Shown: positions 9,039 to 20,089, counted from the stretch's first letter. The stretch is 64,000 bases of DNA from Candidatus Aenigmatarchaeota archaeon (GCA_030615205.1 JAUWZS010000002.1:200082-264081), one strand, 5' to 3'. Program-made: numbers and translations. Notes: generated by a model not told the origin, from the letters alone.

Positions 9039-11657
9039 ATGAAAAAGTTAATATTTTTAGGCTTGTTGGTAGCGTTTTTGCTGATTCAAGCTGCAGTAGA
9101 AGCTACGGAAATTTCTTATTGCTCAGTCAACCCTCAAGAGGTTGATTTGTCTGTTTCTGATCAAATTGAAGTTATAGTTTACTTAAACAATACGCAGAAT
9201 GTAACGGCTGAAGATACTGTTGAAATAAGTTTTCCTACAACTTACCTGTCATGTGTTGGAGATTGTGTAGAGCAAGTTACAACATTACCTTATTCCATTG
9301 AGACTGTTAATTTTACTTTACAAGCATTGAGTGAAACAACTGAAGAACAATCTATCACAGTTACCCAACCAGCCTCTTATGCTTGTCCATCAATTATAAA
9401 AATAACTGCTGCTACAACGACGACTTCAACTACAACGAGTACTACTGAGCCAACTACAACAACTATTGCCACAACGACAACAAGTACAATTCCTCCAACT
9501 ACTACAACTTTAAAACAACAACTATCAGCTAGTATAACTCTACCTAAAACGACTTATTATCCGGCTGAAAGTTTTGAGCCAAGAGTTACGGTTAGAGATC
9601 CTTATGGAGAAATTGTTATTGATGCGTCTGTAGCTGGTACTTTAACTTATGGAACCGAACATACGTATCTAAGGTTCTTTTACTCTACTTTATGTGACTG
9701 CTATAAAGCATGGCACTGGTTTGGTGAAGGAACCCTACCGAATGATTATACCCTAAATGTAACTGCTTCTCATCCTAGCTATGACTCAGCAACCGCAACT
9801 ACCAGTTTTTCTTTAATTAAACCTACTTTGCAAATGACGATGTCGACTGATAAAACTGAATACAATCCAGGAGATTCAATCAAAACAACTGTTGAAGTAA
9901 AAGATAGTCTAGGTAATGCTATAACTGATGCCTATGTGACAGGTGATATTAGAGATGCCGATACTGGTGATTTGATCACAATAATCTACCCATGGCTAAG
10001 GGAAGGCGTTTATTATTATGAATATTATGTTGGGTCAGAAAGTGTAGGAAAAAGTTATACTATATCCATCAGTGTAAGCTGGAAAGAGCAATCTGCATCT
10101 GATTCTAAAACGGTTTCAGTCACAAAAAGAGGGTTAAATGCTGACATAGTTTTGGAAAAAGATGTTCTAATGTCTGGAGATACTTTGCAAGGAAAGATAA
10201 AAGTTTTTGATAAAGATGGCAATATAATTACAGATGCATGGGTTGATGTAAGGATTAAAGATCCGGATGACAACTTCTTTAGATTCTTGTCCACTGAGTA
10301 TAAGGATGGATTTTATGAGATTGAAAAATATAAAATACAAGAATGGGCCTCAATGGGGACTTACAGTTTAAATGTTAGAATAGAAAAAGCTGGGGAAAGT
10401 ATAACTTTAAAGAAGACAATTGAAATAACTAAAGAAAAATTAAATGTTCAAGTAATTCTCGATCAAACCAGCTACGCCCCAGGCGATAGAATTTATATTA
10501 AAATTTTGGTAACACATCCAGATGGTTCTATTGTTTCTGATGCTTATATCGGTGGTGAAATATTTCCATTAACACAGGAAGTAATTAATCAAACAGTGGG
10601 AATAACTGGCGCAGCCATACTAATAAGCCCAATTGGCCTTCCAGTAATGATTGGAGAACCAACACACGTTTGTAGAGTTCACATTTCACCAGAAGGTCCG
10701 CTTTATTACAAAGGTGAATATATCCAGAGGTATTATATAGATGATGCCTATATCCCTAATTGGTGTCCTACTGGAACGTATGTTCTACGATTAAGAATTA
10801 GTGCATCTGGGTATGTAGATACGGAATTTACCAGAGAATTCAGTGTTGCCTTGTACAAACTTTTGCTAGAAACTGGGTTTAAGATTTATAGCACTCCTAA
10901 TAGAGTTGATATGGGTATATATGCTGAAGTAAAAGATGAACAAGGAATAGTCGTTCCATATGTACACATAAAAGGCTATTTACATCCGTTTGAAGAGGAC
11001 GTTGAAGGCTGCATAAAAAGAGTATATTTGGGTTATGATGAATTTACAAGCAGATACTCATCCAGGTTACATTTAAACAAATACGAATGTCCGGCTGGCG
11101 AGTATTTATTAGAGATAACCGCTTCTCAACCATCTTATGAAACTGCTTCTATCGAACAATTGGTAGAAATAAATTATTCAGAAGGTTATGAATATAATGT
11201 AATAATCCCTTCGGTCATTGGCAGACCTGTATGTAGAGAAGTTTCATGTGGACCTAATTGTTTTACTAGAATATGTGAAACACCTACATCCCCAGAAGAA
11301 TGTTATGAAGAGGTTTCTGATAAAGAATGTGTAAAAGATTGTACTGATAGAGCAGCTGCCATAGAACAGGTTATTACTAGAGGGGGAGATGCTGCTGAAC
11401 TTGATGTAAAGGCGTGTATAGAAAATTGTGTTAAAAGGATACCATGTAAAGGTTCTGCTGTCACACCACCACAAAGTCAGGATATGCTTGACAAATTAGA
11501 AGCAATTCATGCAGATATTAGAGAAACACAAGAACAAGTCAATGTAATAGAGGGATTGATAAGGTCTATAATTGATTTTATTAATTCAGTAGTTGCAGCT
11601 TTTGGTAACGCCTTTGGTGGAGGTCAAGTTACACCAATAAACACAACAGGACCTTAA
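9039..11657 (+). CDS. Secreted protein with tandem Ig-like (MG2/macroglobulin-type) repeats
   Basis: Signal peptide, Thr-rich linker, repeated TDKTEYNPGD / LDQTSYAPGD-type motifs and a Cys-rich C-terminal part. Confidence 0.75.
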   Translation: MKKLIFLGLLVAFLLIQAAVEATEISYCSVNPQEVDLSVSDQIEVIVYLNNTQNVTAEDTVEISFPTTYLSCVGDCVEQVTTLPYSIETVNFTLQALSETTEEQSITVTQPASYACPSIIKITAATTTTSTTTSTTEPTTTTIATTTTSTIPPTTTTLKQQLSASITLPKTTYYPAESFEPRVTVRDPYGEIVIDASVAGTLTYGTEHTYLRFFYSTLCDCYKAWHWFGEGTLPNDYTLNVTASHPSYDSATATTSFSLIKPTLQMTMSTDKTEYNPGDSIKTTVEVKDSLGNAITDAYVTGDIRDADTGDLITIIYPWLREGVYYYEYYVGSESVGKSYTISISVSWKEQSASDSKTVSVTKRGLNADIVLEKDVLMSGDTLQGKIKVFDKDGNIITDAWVDVRIKDPDDNFFRFLSTEYKDGFYEIEKYKIQEWASMGTYSLNVRIEKAGESITLKKTIEITKEKLNVQVILDQTSYAPGDRIYIKILVTHPDGSIVSDAYIGGEIFPLTQEVINQTVGITGAAILISPIGLPVMIGEPTHVCRVHISPEGPLYYKGEYIQRYYIDDAYIPNWCPTGTYVLRLRISASGYVDTEFTREFSVALYKLLLETGFKIYSTPNRVDMGIYAEVKDEQGIVVPYVHIKGYLHPFEEDVEGCIKRVYLGYDEFTSRYSSRLHLNKYECPAGEYLLEITASQPSYETASIEQLVEINYSEGYEYNVIIPSVIGRPVCREVSCGPNCFTRICETPTSPEECYEEVSDKECVKDCTDRAAAIEQVITRGGDAAELDVKACIENCVKRIPCKGSAVTPPQSQDMLDKLEAIHADIRETQEQVNVIEGLIRSIIDFINSVVAAFGNAFGGGQVTPINTTGP

Positions 11658-11682
11658 CTAAAGAAAAAAAGAAATAATATAT

Positions 11683-12108
11683 ATGATAAATTTACAATCG
11701 AAAAATTTCCAACTCATATGGGCAATTTGGATACTCATTCTTGGCCTATCATTGCTTTTTATGCATACTATTGAAAATGTTCACTCATTCTCGGAATATC
11801 TGAACGCATTTGTAACTTTAGATATGCCATCTTCATGGTGCCCAACTTTTCTGATCATTTATGGTATTGCTACATTAGCTGCATATGCTCTGGCCGACTC
11901 TGGATTAAAGAAAGCATTCACTGCTATAGCACTATTTGCAGGTCTTGCTCTTTTACCGATAGGGATTTATGCAATATATGAGTTCACTCTTACCTCTCCT
12001 TTTGGATTCGATTTTATGTACATATATACTCAGGCAATCCATATCTCAGAGATTTTAACTGGACTTGGACCCTTAACTATTTTTCTTTTGGCAAAATTGA
12101 AAAAATAA
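11683..12108 (+). CDS. Hypothetical membrane protein (about 4 TM helices)
   Basis: Hydrophobic segments throughout the ORF. Confidence 0.7.
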   Translation: MINLQSKNFQLIWAIWILILGLSLLFMHTIENVHSFSEYLNAFVTLDMPSSWCPTFLIIYGIATLAAYALADSGLKKAFTAIALFAGLALLPIGIYAIYEFTLTSPFGFDFMYIYTQAIHISEILTGLGPLTIFLLAKLKK

Positions 12109-12118
12109 ATATGAATAG

Positions 12119-12487
12119 ATGTGTATGTTGGCAAAAAATTTGAATGATTGTAAAGAGTTCATTGCTGGGGATAAAACAATAATAAGAGAGGTACTTCATC
12201 CAAAAAATGATGATATTGATTTAAGGTTTAGTATTGCTTATGCAAAAGTCAAGCCAGGAGATGCGTCATTGCCTCACAGGCTCAAAGCAACAGAGATTTA
12301 TTACATCCTGAAAGGACAAGGGATCATACATGTTGATAAAGAGTCAAAAGAAATTAAAGAAGGATGGGTGATACATGTACCACCTAATGCAGTTCAATTC
12401 ATAAAAAATATAGGAGATGAAGAATTGGAATTTCTTTGTATAGTCGATCCAGCGTGGCGCCCAGAAGACGAAGAAATTATTAAATAA
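12119..12487 (+). CDS. Cupin domain protein
   Basis: PHRLKATEIYYILKGQG and IHVPPNAVQFIKNIG motifs. Confidence 0.9.
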   Translation: MCMLAKNLNDCKEFIAGDKTIIREVLHPKNDDIDLRFSIAYAKVKPGDASLPHRLKATEIYYILKGQGIIHVDKESKEIKEGWVIHVPPNAVQFIKNIGDEELEFLCIVDPAWRPEDEEIIK

Positions 12488-12502
12488 TCACTCAAAGGCA
12501 AA

Positions 12503-12916
12503 TTAAGATATGTATTTTAATCTCTCCCTCATCCTCTCCTCTTTTTTTATTCTCTCCTCTTTAATCTTTTTTTTAATTTCCATAACCATTTTTTTCTTAT
12601 CTTCATCTATTAAAAGCTCTTTTGATGCATAGAGCTCTTCACCTTTTTCTGATAGGTAATAATTTCTCTCTTTTAAACGCGACTCTTCATCATGGTCAAT
12701 TAACCTTAAACTAACGCCTCTCTCGAGTCTTATCAACAAACCAGCAGTATTTTCTCTTTTTTTCTCAAGGTATTCTACTATTTTCCCGTAAGTCGCACGA
12801 GATAGTTCATATAAGGAACAAAGAGCCAATGAATAAAGAGCCTCTAATAGTCCTATGTTTCTTTTGACATATTCAAATCTTTTTCTCTTTAATGAGCCGT
12901 TTGTACCTGGATTCAT
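12503..12916 (-). CDS. Hypothetical protein, possibly winged-helix
   Basis: ATYGKIVEYL...LLIRL...YYLSEKGEE resembles a wHTH wing. Confidence 0.55.
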   Translation of the reverse strand: MNPGTNGSLKRKRFEYVKRNIGLLEALYSLALCSLYELSRATYGKIVEYLEKKRENTAGLLIRLERGVSLRLIDHDEESRLKERNYYLSEKGEELYASKELLIDEDKKKMVMEIKKKIKEERIKKEERMRERLKYIS

Positions 12917-12954
12917 AATCTGTTTTTAAAAATTAACTTTAAATTTATTTTGGG

Positions 12955-12989
12955 ACGCCCAGGGTTGGTGTTTAACTAATGGTTAAGAA
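12955..12989 (-). repeat. tRNA-Ser 3'-end copy (att-like)
   Basis: ACGCCCAGGGTTGG followed by the palindromic TTAACTAATGGTTAA. Confidence 0.8.
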
Positions 12990-13003
12990 ATGAATGGGCG
13001 TTT

Positions 13004-16000
13004 TTAAACAACGTTTGATAAATCTGCTTTCCAGACACCGTACTCCGCGAGACCTAAAATTAAATATCTATTATCTGGTGTAAGTGCCAAATTATCTGCA
13101 ACATTGTCCCTTACTTGATTATTTGTGCTCGGCAGCCCGCTGTCTATGCTTTTCCAGCTGTTTCCAGCGTCTCTGCTTATATAAACGCCATTGTTAGTGC
13201 TTAAAAATAATACGTTGTGATCTGGTGGGTAGATTATAAGAGTATAAAATTCACTTCTATCATCAAGGCCATTCATGATTCTAAACCAGTTCTCTCCACC
13301 GTCTGTTGATTTCATTACAACTCCGCAAAAATCGTTTCTATGACAGAAGCCCTTGTTTTGTCCGTTCTTGGTCGAAGTGTACATTATATTCGTATTGTTA
13401 TCATCAATCGCCACTGTGTAAGGCCACTGCTCTGATGGCATTCCGGTGCTTATCATTTCCCATGTTCTCCCTCTGTCAACAGATTTTACAATCCCGTTGT
13501 ATGTTCCTGCAAACAATATGTCGTGGTTGTGTGGATGCATGCTCAAAGAGAACATACCGTCATTTCCAAGACGCAGACTTGAGTCTTTCCATGTATGTCC
13601 GTTGTCTTCGCTTATGAAAAATCCGCTTGGGAAATGCCCGTAATATACTTTGCCGGGCACGTCTGAATCGAACAATATCGAGCTGAACTGGTACATCCTC
13701 CTCTCCCACGCGCTCCAAAAACCGCCGCCAAATGTCCTTCCCAGATTCTGCCATTCGTTACTCGCTTGGTTAAACCTGTATATCCCGTATCCGCCAGTTC
13801 CTGCATAGAGTACAGACTCTGTTGTAACTGTCTTTCTTACACTGACATCGTCTACATAAACCTTGGAGTCATCCAATGTTTCAAATGCGACAGCCCCGCC
13901 AGCTAAAGGTTCAGAATCAATGTAATCAATTTTCAGCGTATCGTCAACATAGACTTTTATATTACTGCCGCTTAACTCTATTCTAAAATCATACCATTGA
14001 CCTAAATTATAAGATTCTCGAGTATCTGTCAATTCAGCAAGTTCGCTCCATTTATTAAATTGTCTGGTTAAATACAATCCTCCGTCATTGAATCCCAGAA
14101 AATACCTTCCTTCACCGCTTTTTCTAAAGTTGATATGAACTCCGCCTTGAATTAATTTTACTTTGGCCTCAAAGGTGTAATCCGTCCAGCTTTCCGAATC
14201 AGCATTAACCCAGTTATGTCCAATGCCTTGTAAAACATAATTACCGTTTTCCTGTATGACAGACCAATCGTCTTTAAACTCCCATTTATCTGTATTACCA
14301 TCCTCAAAATTATCTTCAAAGGGCGGCCATTCAATGCTTATAATCTTTAGCGATCTTATGTTAAGAGTTTCCAATCCATTATTCATCTCCCCCCAACTTT
14401 TCCCGCCATTTCTCGTAACAAACACCCCCTCCTCACTGGCAACATAAACTGTGTTCGAGTCTGCAGGGTCAATAAGTATGTCGGTTACTGGTTTTCCACG
14501 CATCTCGTTATTGTCCCCAAACAGAGGCATCTGGCTGTCAGCACCATCATTGGATACATAAATTCCTTTATCATAGGTAGCAAAATAGAGTTGGTTTGAA
14601 TCCGTGGGGTCAATTGCGAATCTGTAATATCCCTGCCTGACAGGATCATCCACCTCAAAGCTTGGTAAAAAGAAATTCTTGTCTTTCCATGTTGTTCCAC
14701 CATTCATTGTTTTGAACATGCCTCCAGGATAGGAACTTGCATAAATTACATCAGAATCTGTGGAATCAATCATTATTTGGATGTTATAGATTTCAGGTTT
14801 AGGTCCGTCAGTGGCAGTCCAACTGACGCTATAATCCGCATCGCTGATGTCGCCAACATAGACTCCACCACCACGGGTTCCGGCATATATTTTATTCTCG
14901 CTGACAACTAAAGCACCTGTGCTTTTATAATCAAGTCCGCTATTCTGAGCTGTCCATGTATTGCCGCCATCTGTTGTCAGATAGATGCCACCTGCTCCTC
15001 CGGCATAGATTACCATCGAATTCTCTGGATGAATAGCTAACGCTCTACAAGGTTTGCTTATAACATCTTGATTTATGTTCGTCCATGTTAACCCACCATC
15101 TTCACTCTTATACACCCCATGAGTTCCTATGTCTTCAGCTGGGACATCAGGGAAGAACCGTGGATCCAGTAGCTCTTCAGGGCATCTTCTTCCCATAATC
15201 GCTGCAGCGTACAGAATATTTGGATTAGACGGGTCTATCTCAATATCGAAGGTGCCAACTATTGGCATAGAGTCCAGATTCTGCCAACTTGTTCCTCCAT
15301 CAGTTGTCTTATACACGTTCTCGCCATGCAGTGAAACGTAGATCGTGTCTGAATCTGTGGGATCAACCGCAATGTCGATGATGGCTCTGGGAATGCTGCC
15401 TGTTATATCCGTAGCTTCCCCGTCGCTGATTTTGAACAAACTGCCAAGGATCGCATTATGTTTGAAGGCCGATACATAGATAGTGTTGTGGTCGCTCGGA
15501 TCAAGCTTTATCTTGAACAGTCTGGAGTACATAGAACCTGCATAAAAAATATTTTGCCAAGTCTGTCCACCATCTGCTGATTTATACAAATAAGGATGTG
15601 CTCTGCCCGCAGCATAAACTATGTTTGGATTAGCAGGATCAACAACGATGCTCGCAATCGATAGGGTGGGGATATTCTCTATTTCTGTCCAAGTCTCACC
15701 GCTATCCACAGTCTTAAACAATCCTGCTCCCCAAGGCGCGGCATAAATTATGTCTTCATCAGTTGGATCAATAGCTAGTTGATTCTGGGAGTGTATTGTG
15801 CTGAAGAAGAAGTCCTCATTGAGCCTGCCCCAAGTTTCTCCTTTGTCGTTACTGAAATATATTTTTCCTTCTTCTCCTACCACCCCTGCATAGATTTTAT
15901 TTGGATTTGATTCGTCAAATCTTATGGATGTTATTCCTTTAGAATTTTCTACCCTTAATATCTCACTCCAACCAGAGTTTTCCTCTTGATATTTGGAATA

Positions 16001-17719
16001 TTTCCATATGGATGAATGGTTCTCAAATATTTTTGGCGAATATGTGGCATAGAAAATATTGCTGTTTTCAGGATCAATCTCAATATCATATGTATAATCA
16101 GGAGAGTTTGTGAGATAATGCCATTCCTTTTGGCCCGAATATTCAGATATGCCAACACCAATATTCGATACATAAATTTTGCTAGGATCGTCTTTTGCAA
16201 TTTCAAAATCAAAAATCTTTGCTGATGAAAATTCTTCAGCAATCCTCTGGAAAGTTCTTCCTGAGTCGTATGATTCGTATATGTTGGTCATCTCATCAAT
16301 CAATAGGATATGATTCGGATTGTGCGGGTCAACCCTCACTTCGTCTCCAGCACTGACCGGTGAGAAAGGTTCCCATGTTTCTCCCCAATCTCTTGTAGCA
16401 TATGACTCTTGAATCACATTTCCTGAAGTTAATACAATGTTTGGGTCTGTCGGATGAGTTATAATAATAGTGGGGGATGATGCAACAATATCCCCATCCA
16501 TCTTTTTCCATGTTGCCATGCCGTCTTCTGACTTAAGGATCCCCAAAGCCCATATCCCACCAGTCTTGCCATAGACTATGTTTGGGTTGTCAAAATCGAA
16601 TAAGAGTGTGTCTAACCCAAAGCTCATTTCGCTAAATTCCCTAATTGTAGGCGTATCAAAATATTCATAATTGGCACCATCTATCTTGAGTATGCTTGGA
16701 CCACCGTACGGGTTTAGGAGATAATAAGACGATCCGACAATATCAACATCGGTTATACCGTTAGATTGAAGAGTGAGGTCTGTTACAGGACTCCACGTTC
16801 TTCCTCTGTCATAGGATTCTCTTAAGAGCTCGGATATAGGAGACATAAATTCATGCACGATGTTATGTTTAAACGATATTACTATATGGTCTGGATTGTT
16901 GGGGTTCTGGACAATGTTTGCAATTATAAGGTCGTCCGACATACCAAGATCAACCCTGGACCAGGTATCACCAAGATTTTCTGAAAGATATAGGTGACCA
17001 TTTGTAAATTCCCCGCTGCCGTCTACATGTAAAATAATATTTACTAGGATTCTATTTCCAAGCGCGATAATGTTTGGAACTTTTTTATAGTACCCGAAAC
17101 CAATATCCTCTGGTGGCAAAACTAAATCTCTTAATTCAGACTCAGAGGGAGATATATCCTTCCAATTAAAATTCTCTAAAGCTAAATCAACATATTGTAT
17201 TTTGACATTTGTTTTGTCGTCAGAAGTCACAAAAAGTTTATTGTCACTAACTATCGCTTCATTGCACCATTCATTTAAAATTTTTACAAGATTTTTCTCG
17301 GTATCATAATAATAAGCGCCATCACCACAAGTGAATAATTTATCTTCAAAGGCTGCTACAGAAGACACATGAATATTTTCCAATTCACTTATTACTTGCC
17401 AGCTTTCACCCTTGTCTTCAGATTTGTGTATACCTTTGCTCGTTATTGCATATAATTCATGTGACATAGAAGGATTCTGTATTAGCTGGGTTACACGCCC
17501 TCCTGGAGGGCCATTCATAGACTGCCAGGAAATAGTTAAATCAATACAATCCCCGGGACAATTTTTATTTTCATCTAATTCACATATCCCATTGCCGCAG
17601 ACAGCTTTTTGTACAGATTCTTCAGGCTCTTTTACAGGTTGCTGAATACAGCCGCTAATAAAAATAATTCCAACAATTACCAATGCCAAAACCATCGAAC
17701 TAAGATATTTTGATTTCAT
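13004..17719 (-). CDS. Large lipoprotein with BNR/Asp-box (VPS10/sortilin-like) beta-propellers and an inserted lectin-like (DUF1080-type) domain
   Basis: IISGC lipobox and many S-x-D-x-G-x-T/S-W Asp-boxes. The insert runs FEDNFEDG...WYDFRIEL...VYVDDV. Confidence 0.85.
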   Translation of the reverse strand: MKSKYLSSMVLALVIVGIIFISGCIQQPVKEPEESVQKAVCGNGICELDENKNCPGDCIDLTISWQSMNGPPGGRVTQLIQNPSMSHELYAITSKGIHKSEDKGESWQVISELENIHVSSVAAFEDKLFTCGDGAYYYDTEKNLVKILNEWCNEAIVSDNKLFVTSDDKTNVKIQYVDLALENFNWKDISPSESELRDLVLPPEDIGFGYYKKVPNIIALGNRILVNIILHVDGSGEFTNGHLYLSENLGDTWSRVDLGMSDDLIIANIVQNPNNPDHIVISFKHNIVHEFMSPISELLRESYDRGRTWSPVTDLTLQSNGITDVDIVGSSYYLLNPYGGPSILKIDGANYEYFDTPTIREFSEMSFGLDTLLFDFDNPNIVYGKTGGIWALGILKSEDGMATWKKMDGDIVASSPTIIITHPTDPNIVLTSGNVIQESYATRDWGETWEPFSPVSAGDEVRVDPHNPNHILLIDEMTNIYESYDSGRTFQRIAEEFSSAKIFDFEIAKDDPSKIYVSNIGVGISEYSGQKEWHYLTNSPDYTYDIEIDPENSNIFYATYSPKIFENHSSIWKYSKYQEENSGWSEILRVENSKGITSIRFDESNPNKIYAGVVGEEGKIYFSNDKGETWGRLNEDFFFSTIHSQNQLAIDPTDEDIIYAAPWGAGLFKTVDSGETWTEIENIPTLSIASIVVDPANPNIVYAAGRAHPYLYKSADGGQTWQNIFYAGSMYSRLFKIKLDPSDHNTIYVSAFKHNAILGSLFKISDGEATDITGSIPRAIIDIAVDPTDSDTIYVSLHGENVYKTTDGGTSWQNLDSMPIVGTFDIEIDPSNPNILYAAAIMGRRCPEELLDPRFFPDVPAEDIGTHGVYKSEDGGLTWTNINQDVISKPCRALAIHPENSMVIYAGGAGGIYLTTDGGNTWTAQNSGLDYKSTGALVVSENKIYAGTRGGGVYVGDISDADYSVSWTATDGPKPEIYNIQIMIDSTDSDVIYASSYPGGMFKTMNGGTTWKDKNFFLPSFEVDDPVRQGYYRFAIDPTDSNQLYFATYDKGIYVSNDGADSQMPLFGDNNEMRGKPVTDILIDPADSNTVYVASEEGVFVTRNGGKSWGEMNNGLETLNIRSLKIISIEWPPFEDNFEDGNTDKWEFKDDWSVIQENGNYVLQGIGHNWVNADSESWTDYTFEAKVKLIQGGVHINFRKSGEGRYFLGFNDGGLYLTRQFNKWSELAELTDTRESYNLGQWYDFRIELSGSNIKVYVDDTLKIDYIDSEPLAGGAVAFETLDDSKVYVDDVSVRKTVTTESVLYAGTGGYGIYRFNQASNEWQNLGRTFGGGFWSAWERRMYQFSSILFDSDVPGKVYYGHFPSGFFISEDNGHTWKDSSLRLGNDGMFSLSMHPHNHDILFAGTYNGIVKSVDRGRTWEMISTGMPSEQWPYTVAIDDNNTNIMYTSTKNGQNKGFCHRNDFCGVVMKSTDGGENWFRIMNGLDDRSEFYTLIIYPPDHNVLFLSTNNGVYISRDAGNSWKSIDSGLPSTNNQVRDNVADNLALTPDNRYLILGLAEYGVWKADLSNVV

Positions 17720-17756
17720 TATAATTATAATTGATTTTCATTAGAATAAAATTGAG

Positions 17757-17792
17757 ATGCCTAGAGTAGGATTTGAACCAACATAAGGATTA
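17757..17792 (-). repeat. tRNA-Ser 3'-end copy (att-like)
   Basis: ATGCCTAGAGTAGGATTTGAACCAACATAAGGATTA; the tail is shared with the copy at 17946. Confidence 0.75.
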
Positions 17793-17794
17793 TT

Positions 17795-17896
17795 TTATTC
17801 CATGTTCTTCATGCACTCTTCTGAACAGTAGAATTTGTTTTTGAACTTCAGCTTCGAGAACGGTATTTCCTTGCCACACCAGTCACACTTCTTCAT
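17795..17896 (-). CDS. 33-aa Cys4 zinc-finger (TRASH-like) microprotein, copy 1
   Basis: MKKCDWCGKEIPFSKLKFKNKFYCSEECMKNME*; a near-identical paralog at 20090-20191 differs mostly at synonymous sites. Confidence 0.8.
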   Translation of the reverse strand: MKKCDWCGKEIPFSKLKFKNKFYCSEECMKNME

Positions 17897-17945
17897 ATAA
17901 TCAGTTTGGTCGACAGACTATAATTATCTAAATTAACTCCTTGTT

Positions 17946-17981
17946 ACGCCCAGGGTGGGATTTGAATCTACATAAGGATTA
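17946..17981 (-). repeat. tRNA-Ser 3'-end copy (att-like)
   Basis: ACGCCCAGGGTGGGATTTGAA is identical to 21208-21228. Confidence 0.9.
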
Positions 17982-17983
17982 GT

Positions 17984-18478
17984 CTACCTTTTTAATAATT
18001 TCATAAATTTCTCAGGGTTGGAGGGAGTAATCATATAATGTCTTTTATCATTGGTCGTTATCAGAATGCCATCACTTAGATTTGTCATTATCGTTCTGGT
18101 CCACCCTACATTTGGTATATAAAATATCCCAGAGTAAAGGCTTGCACCTATCCTTAAATGAAATGGAACTAAAGTCCTTTCAACCTTCTTTATATCCTTT
18201 AATTTGAGTTTAATGGTTGTAAAAAGAGACCACGAACTCAGGACATCGTTTTGGATAACATATGTTGTTTTGTACAAGCCATAGGTAGTGACAACCAAAA
18301 GAGATATAACAAAAATTATTGTCCCAAAAAAGAAGATTCGAGCAAGAAAGACTTCTGATGTGATACCTTACCAGAATCCAATTATAATAAAGAGAGCTGC
18401 CGAGAAAACTGTTAACACGACATACATCCCACCAATCCATTCACTAATTCTGGGTTTGTTAATCACATATTTCTTCAT
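17984..18478 (-). pseudogene. Membrane protein with bacterial PH-like domain, interrupted by an in-frame TAA at 18368-18370
   Basis: The ATG at 18478 (MKKYVINKPRISEWIGG...) is in the same frame as ORF 17984-18298 across one stop codon. The C-terminus ends YMITPSNPEKF. Confidence 0.7.
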
Positions 18479-18538
18479 AATCAAATTATGTATTTAATTA
18501 TCAAAAAGGTTTCCCAAAGAAAAAAATGTGAAATATTA

Positions 18539-18580
18539 ACGCCCAAGGTGGGTGTCATCGGCTTGAGGTAGATTTTGGTG
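18539..18580 (-). repeat. tRNA-Ser 3'-end copy within a ~42-bp direct repeat shared with 20257
   Basis: ACGCCCAAGGTGGGTGTCATCGGCTTGAGGTAGATTTTGGTG. Confidence 0.85.
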
Positions 18581-18596
18581 TCACATCATTATCTTA

Positions 18597-19838
18597 TTAA
18601 GAGTATCTGCGGCTTCTCCTATAGTTTGTCCTGTTCATCACTCTTCCACGGTCACCGAATCTCCTACCTCTGCGACCGCCGAATCTCCCGCTGTACATGT
18701 CTGGTCTGCGAACGCCTCTCCTGAACGGCACTCTCCTGAATTGGCCGACATGCATCTTCTCGATTTCGTAGTCGAACAGCCTTATTATCCTGCTGAACGA
18801 AGGGTGGTCGTCCCTGCACAGGAGTGAGATGGCTTTTCCTGTCTTCCCTGCCCTTGCGGTTCGGCCTATTCTGTTCGTGTATTCTTCGGAATACTTCGGT
18901 ATGGAGTAGTTGAAGATATGGCTGACGTCATTGATGTCCAATCCCCTCGCAGCCACGTCTGTGGCCACAAGGAATCTGAACCTGCCGTTGTGGAACATGT
19001 CCATCACTTTTTCGCGCCTGGCTTGGGTCATGCCTCCATGCAGTGATCCGGCATTGATATTGTTGCTTTTCAGGTTGCTCGAGATCGAGTCAACGTCTCT
19101 TCGCGAGTTGCAGAAGATTATGCCGAGCTCTGGGTTCTCTTTGTCTATCAGATGTACAAGGAGGGAGAACTTCTTGGCACGGTCGACATCGCAGTAGTAC
19201 TGCTTCAGCATGTTGTCCTGCACCTTGTTCGCTGTCCTTATCTTCTTCGCGTCTCTTGTGAAACGATCCCTTATCCTCATCAATGCAGATGGCATGGTCG
19301 CGCTGAACAGCAGAGTCTGCCTGTCCTTCGGCAGGCTACGTGCCACGAACTCTATGTCTTCGACGAAACCCATGTTTATCATCTTGTCAGCTTCGTCGAG
19401 CACGAATATGCGGATGATGTCTGTGCGGAGCGTGCCGCGTCGCATGTGGTCCATTACGCGGCCGGGTGTACCGACCACTATCTCTGCTTTTCTCAGCCCA
19501 CTAACCTGCGGCCCCATCGCAACTCCTCCGTACACTGTCTGCACGAAAAGGCCTTTGCGCTTGGAGAACTTTTTCAGCTCGCCTGCTATCTGCAAAGCCA
19601 GTTCCCTTGTCGGAGCCAACACCATTGCTTGTAGGCCGCGGCCCTTATCGACCCTTTCTATCATAGGTATTCCGAAAGCAGCGGTCTTTCCAGATCCTGT
19701 CTCGGACTGGCCGATCACGTCATGTCCTTGTTTGATAAGAGGTATTGTCTCGTACTGTATCTTCGTGGGTTTTTCATATCCCATGTCATAGATCGCGCCC
19801 AGTACATTCGAATCTATATTCAAGTCTTCAAATTTCAT
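18597..19838 (-). CDS. DEAD-box RNA helicase
   Basis: ETGSGKT, PTRELA, TPGR, DEAD, SAT, ARGLD and NRIGRTAR motifs, plus an Arg/Gly-rich tail. Confidence 0.96.
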   Translation of the reverse strand: MKFEDLNIDSNVLGAIYDMGYEKPTKIQYETIPLIKQGHDVIGQSETGSGKTAAFGIPMIERVDKGRGLQAMVLAPTRELALQIAGELKKFSKRKGLFVQTVYGGVAMGPQVSGLRKAEIVVGTPGRVMDHMRRGTLRTDIIRIFVLDEADKMINMGFVEDIEFVARSLPKDRQTLLFSATMPSALMRIRDRFTRDAKKIRTANKVQDNMLKQYYCDVDRAKKFSLLVHLIDKENPELGIIFCNSRRDVDSISSNLKSNNINAGSLHGGMTQARREKVMDMFHNGRFRFLVATDVAARGLDINDVSHIFNYSIPKYSEEYTNRIGRTARAGKTGKAISLLCRDDHPSFSRIIRLFDYEIEKMHVGQFRRVPFRRGVRRPDMYSGRFGGRRGRRFGDRGRVMNRTNYRRSRRYS

Positions 19839-20089
19839 ATTTTAATCTCACCTATATTTGCTTCTCTTTTTATTTTTTGTTTTCCCAAAGTCACAGAAGC
19901 AACAGAATTAGTATGTCACGCCGAATCAGCATCAACTAACGCTATTTGTCACACGCTTTGTACCTTGTCTTTTCTTTTCTAATCTATCATGAAATGGACA
20001 GTATTTAAACATTTGCATCTGTTTGGATTTGTCCAGCTTTGGTGTCGACCACTAAGCAAGAAAAATTCTTCTTTCAGAAGGATTGATTT

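Noticed and set aside
9413-9510. ACN-rich low-complexity repeat
   Set aside because: It encodes a Thr-rich linker and is ordinary.
17984-18478. In-frame TAA as evidence for stop-codon recoding
   Set aside because: It is a single case, and TAA terminates many clear genes in the window, so a nonsense mutation or sequencing error is simpler.
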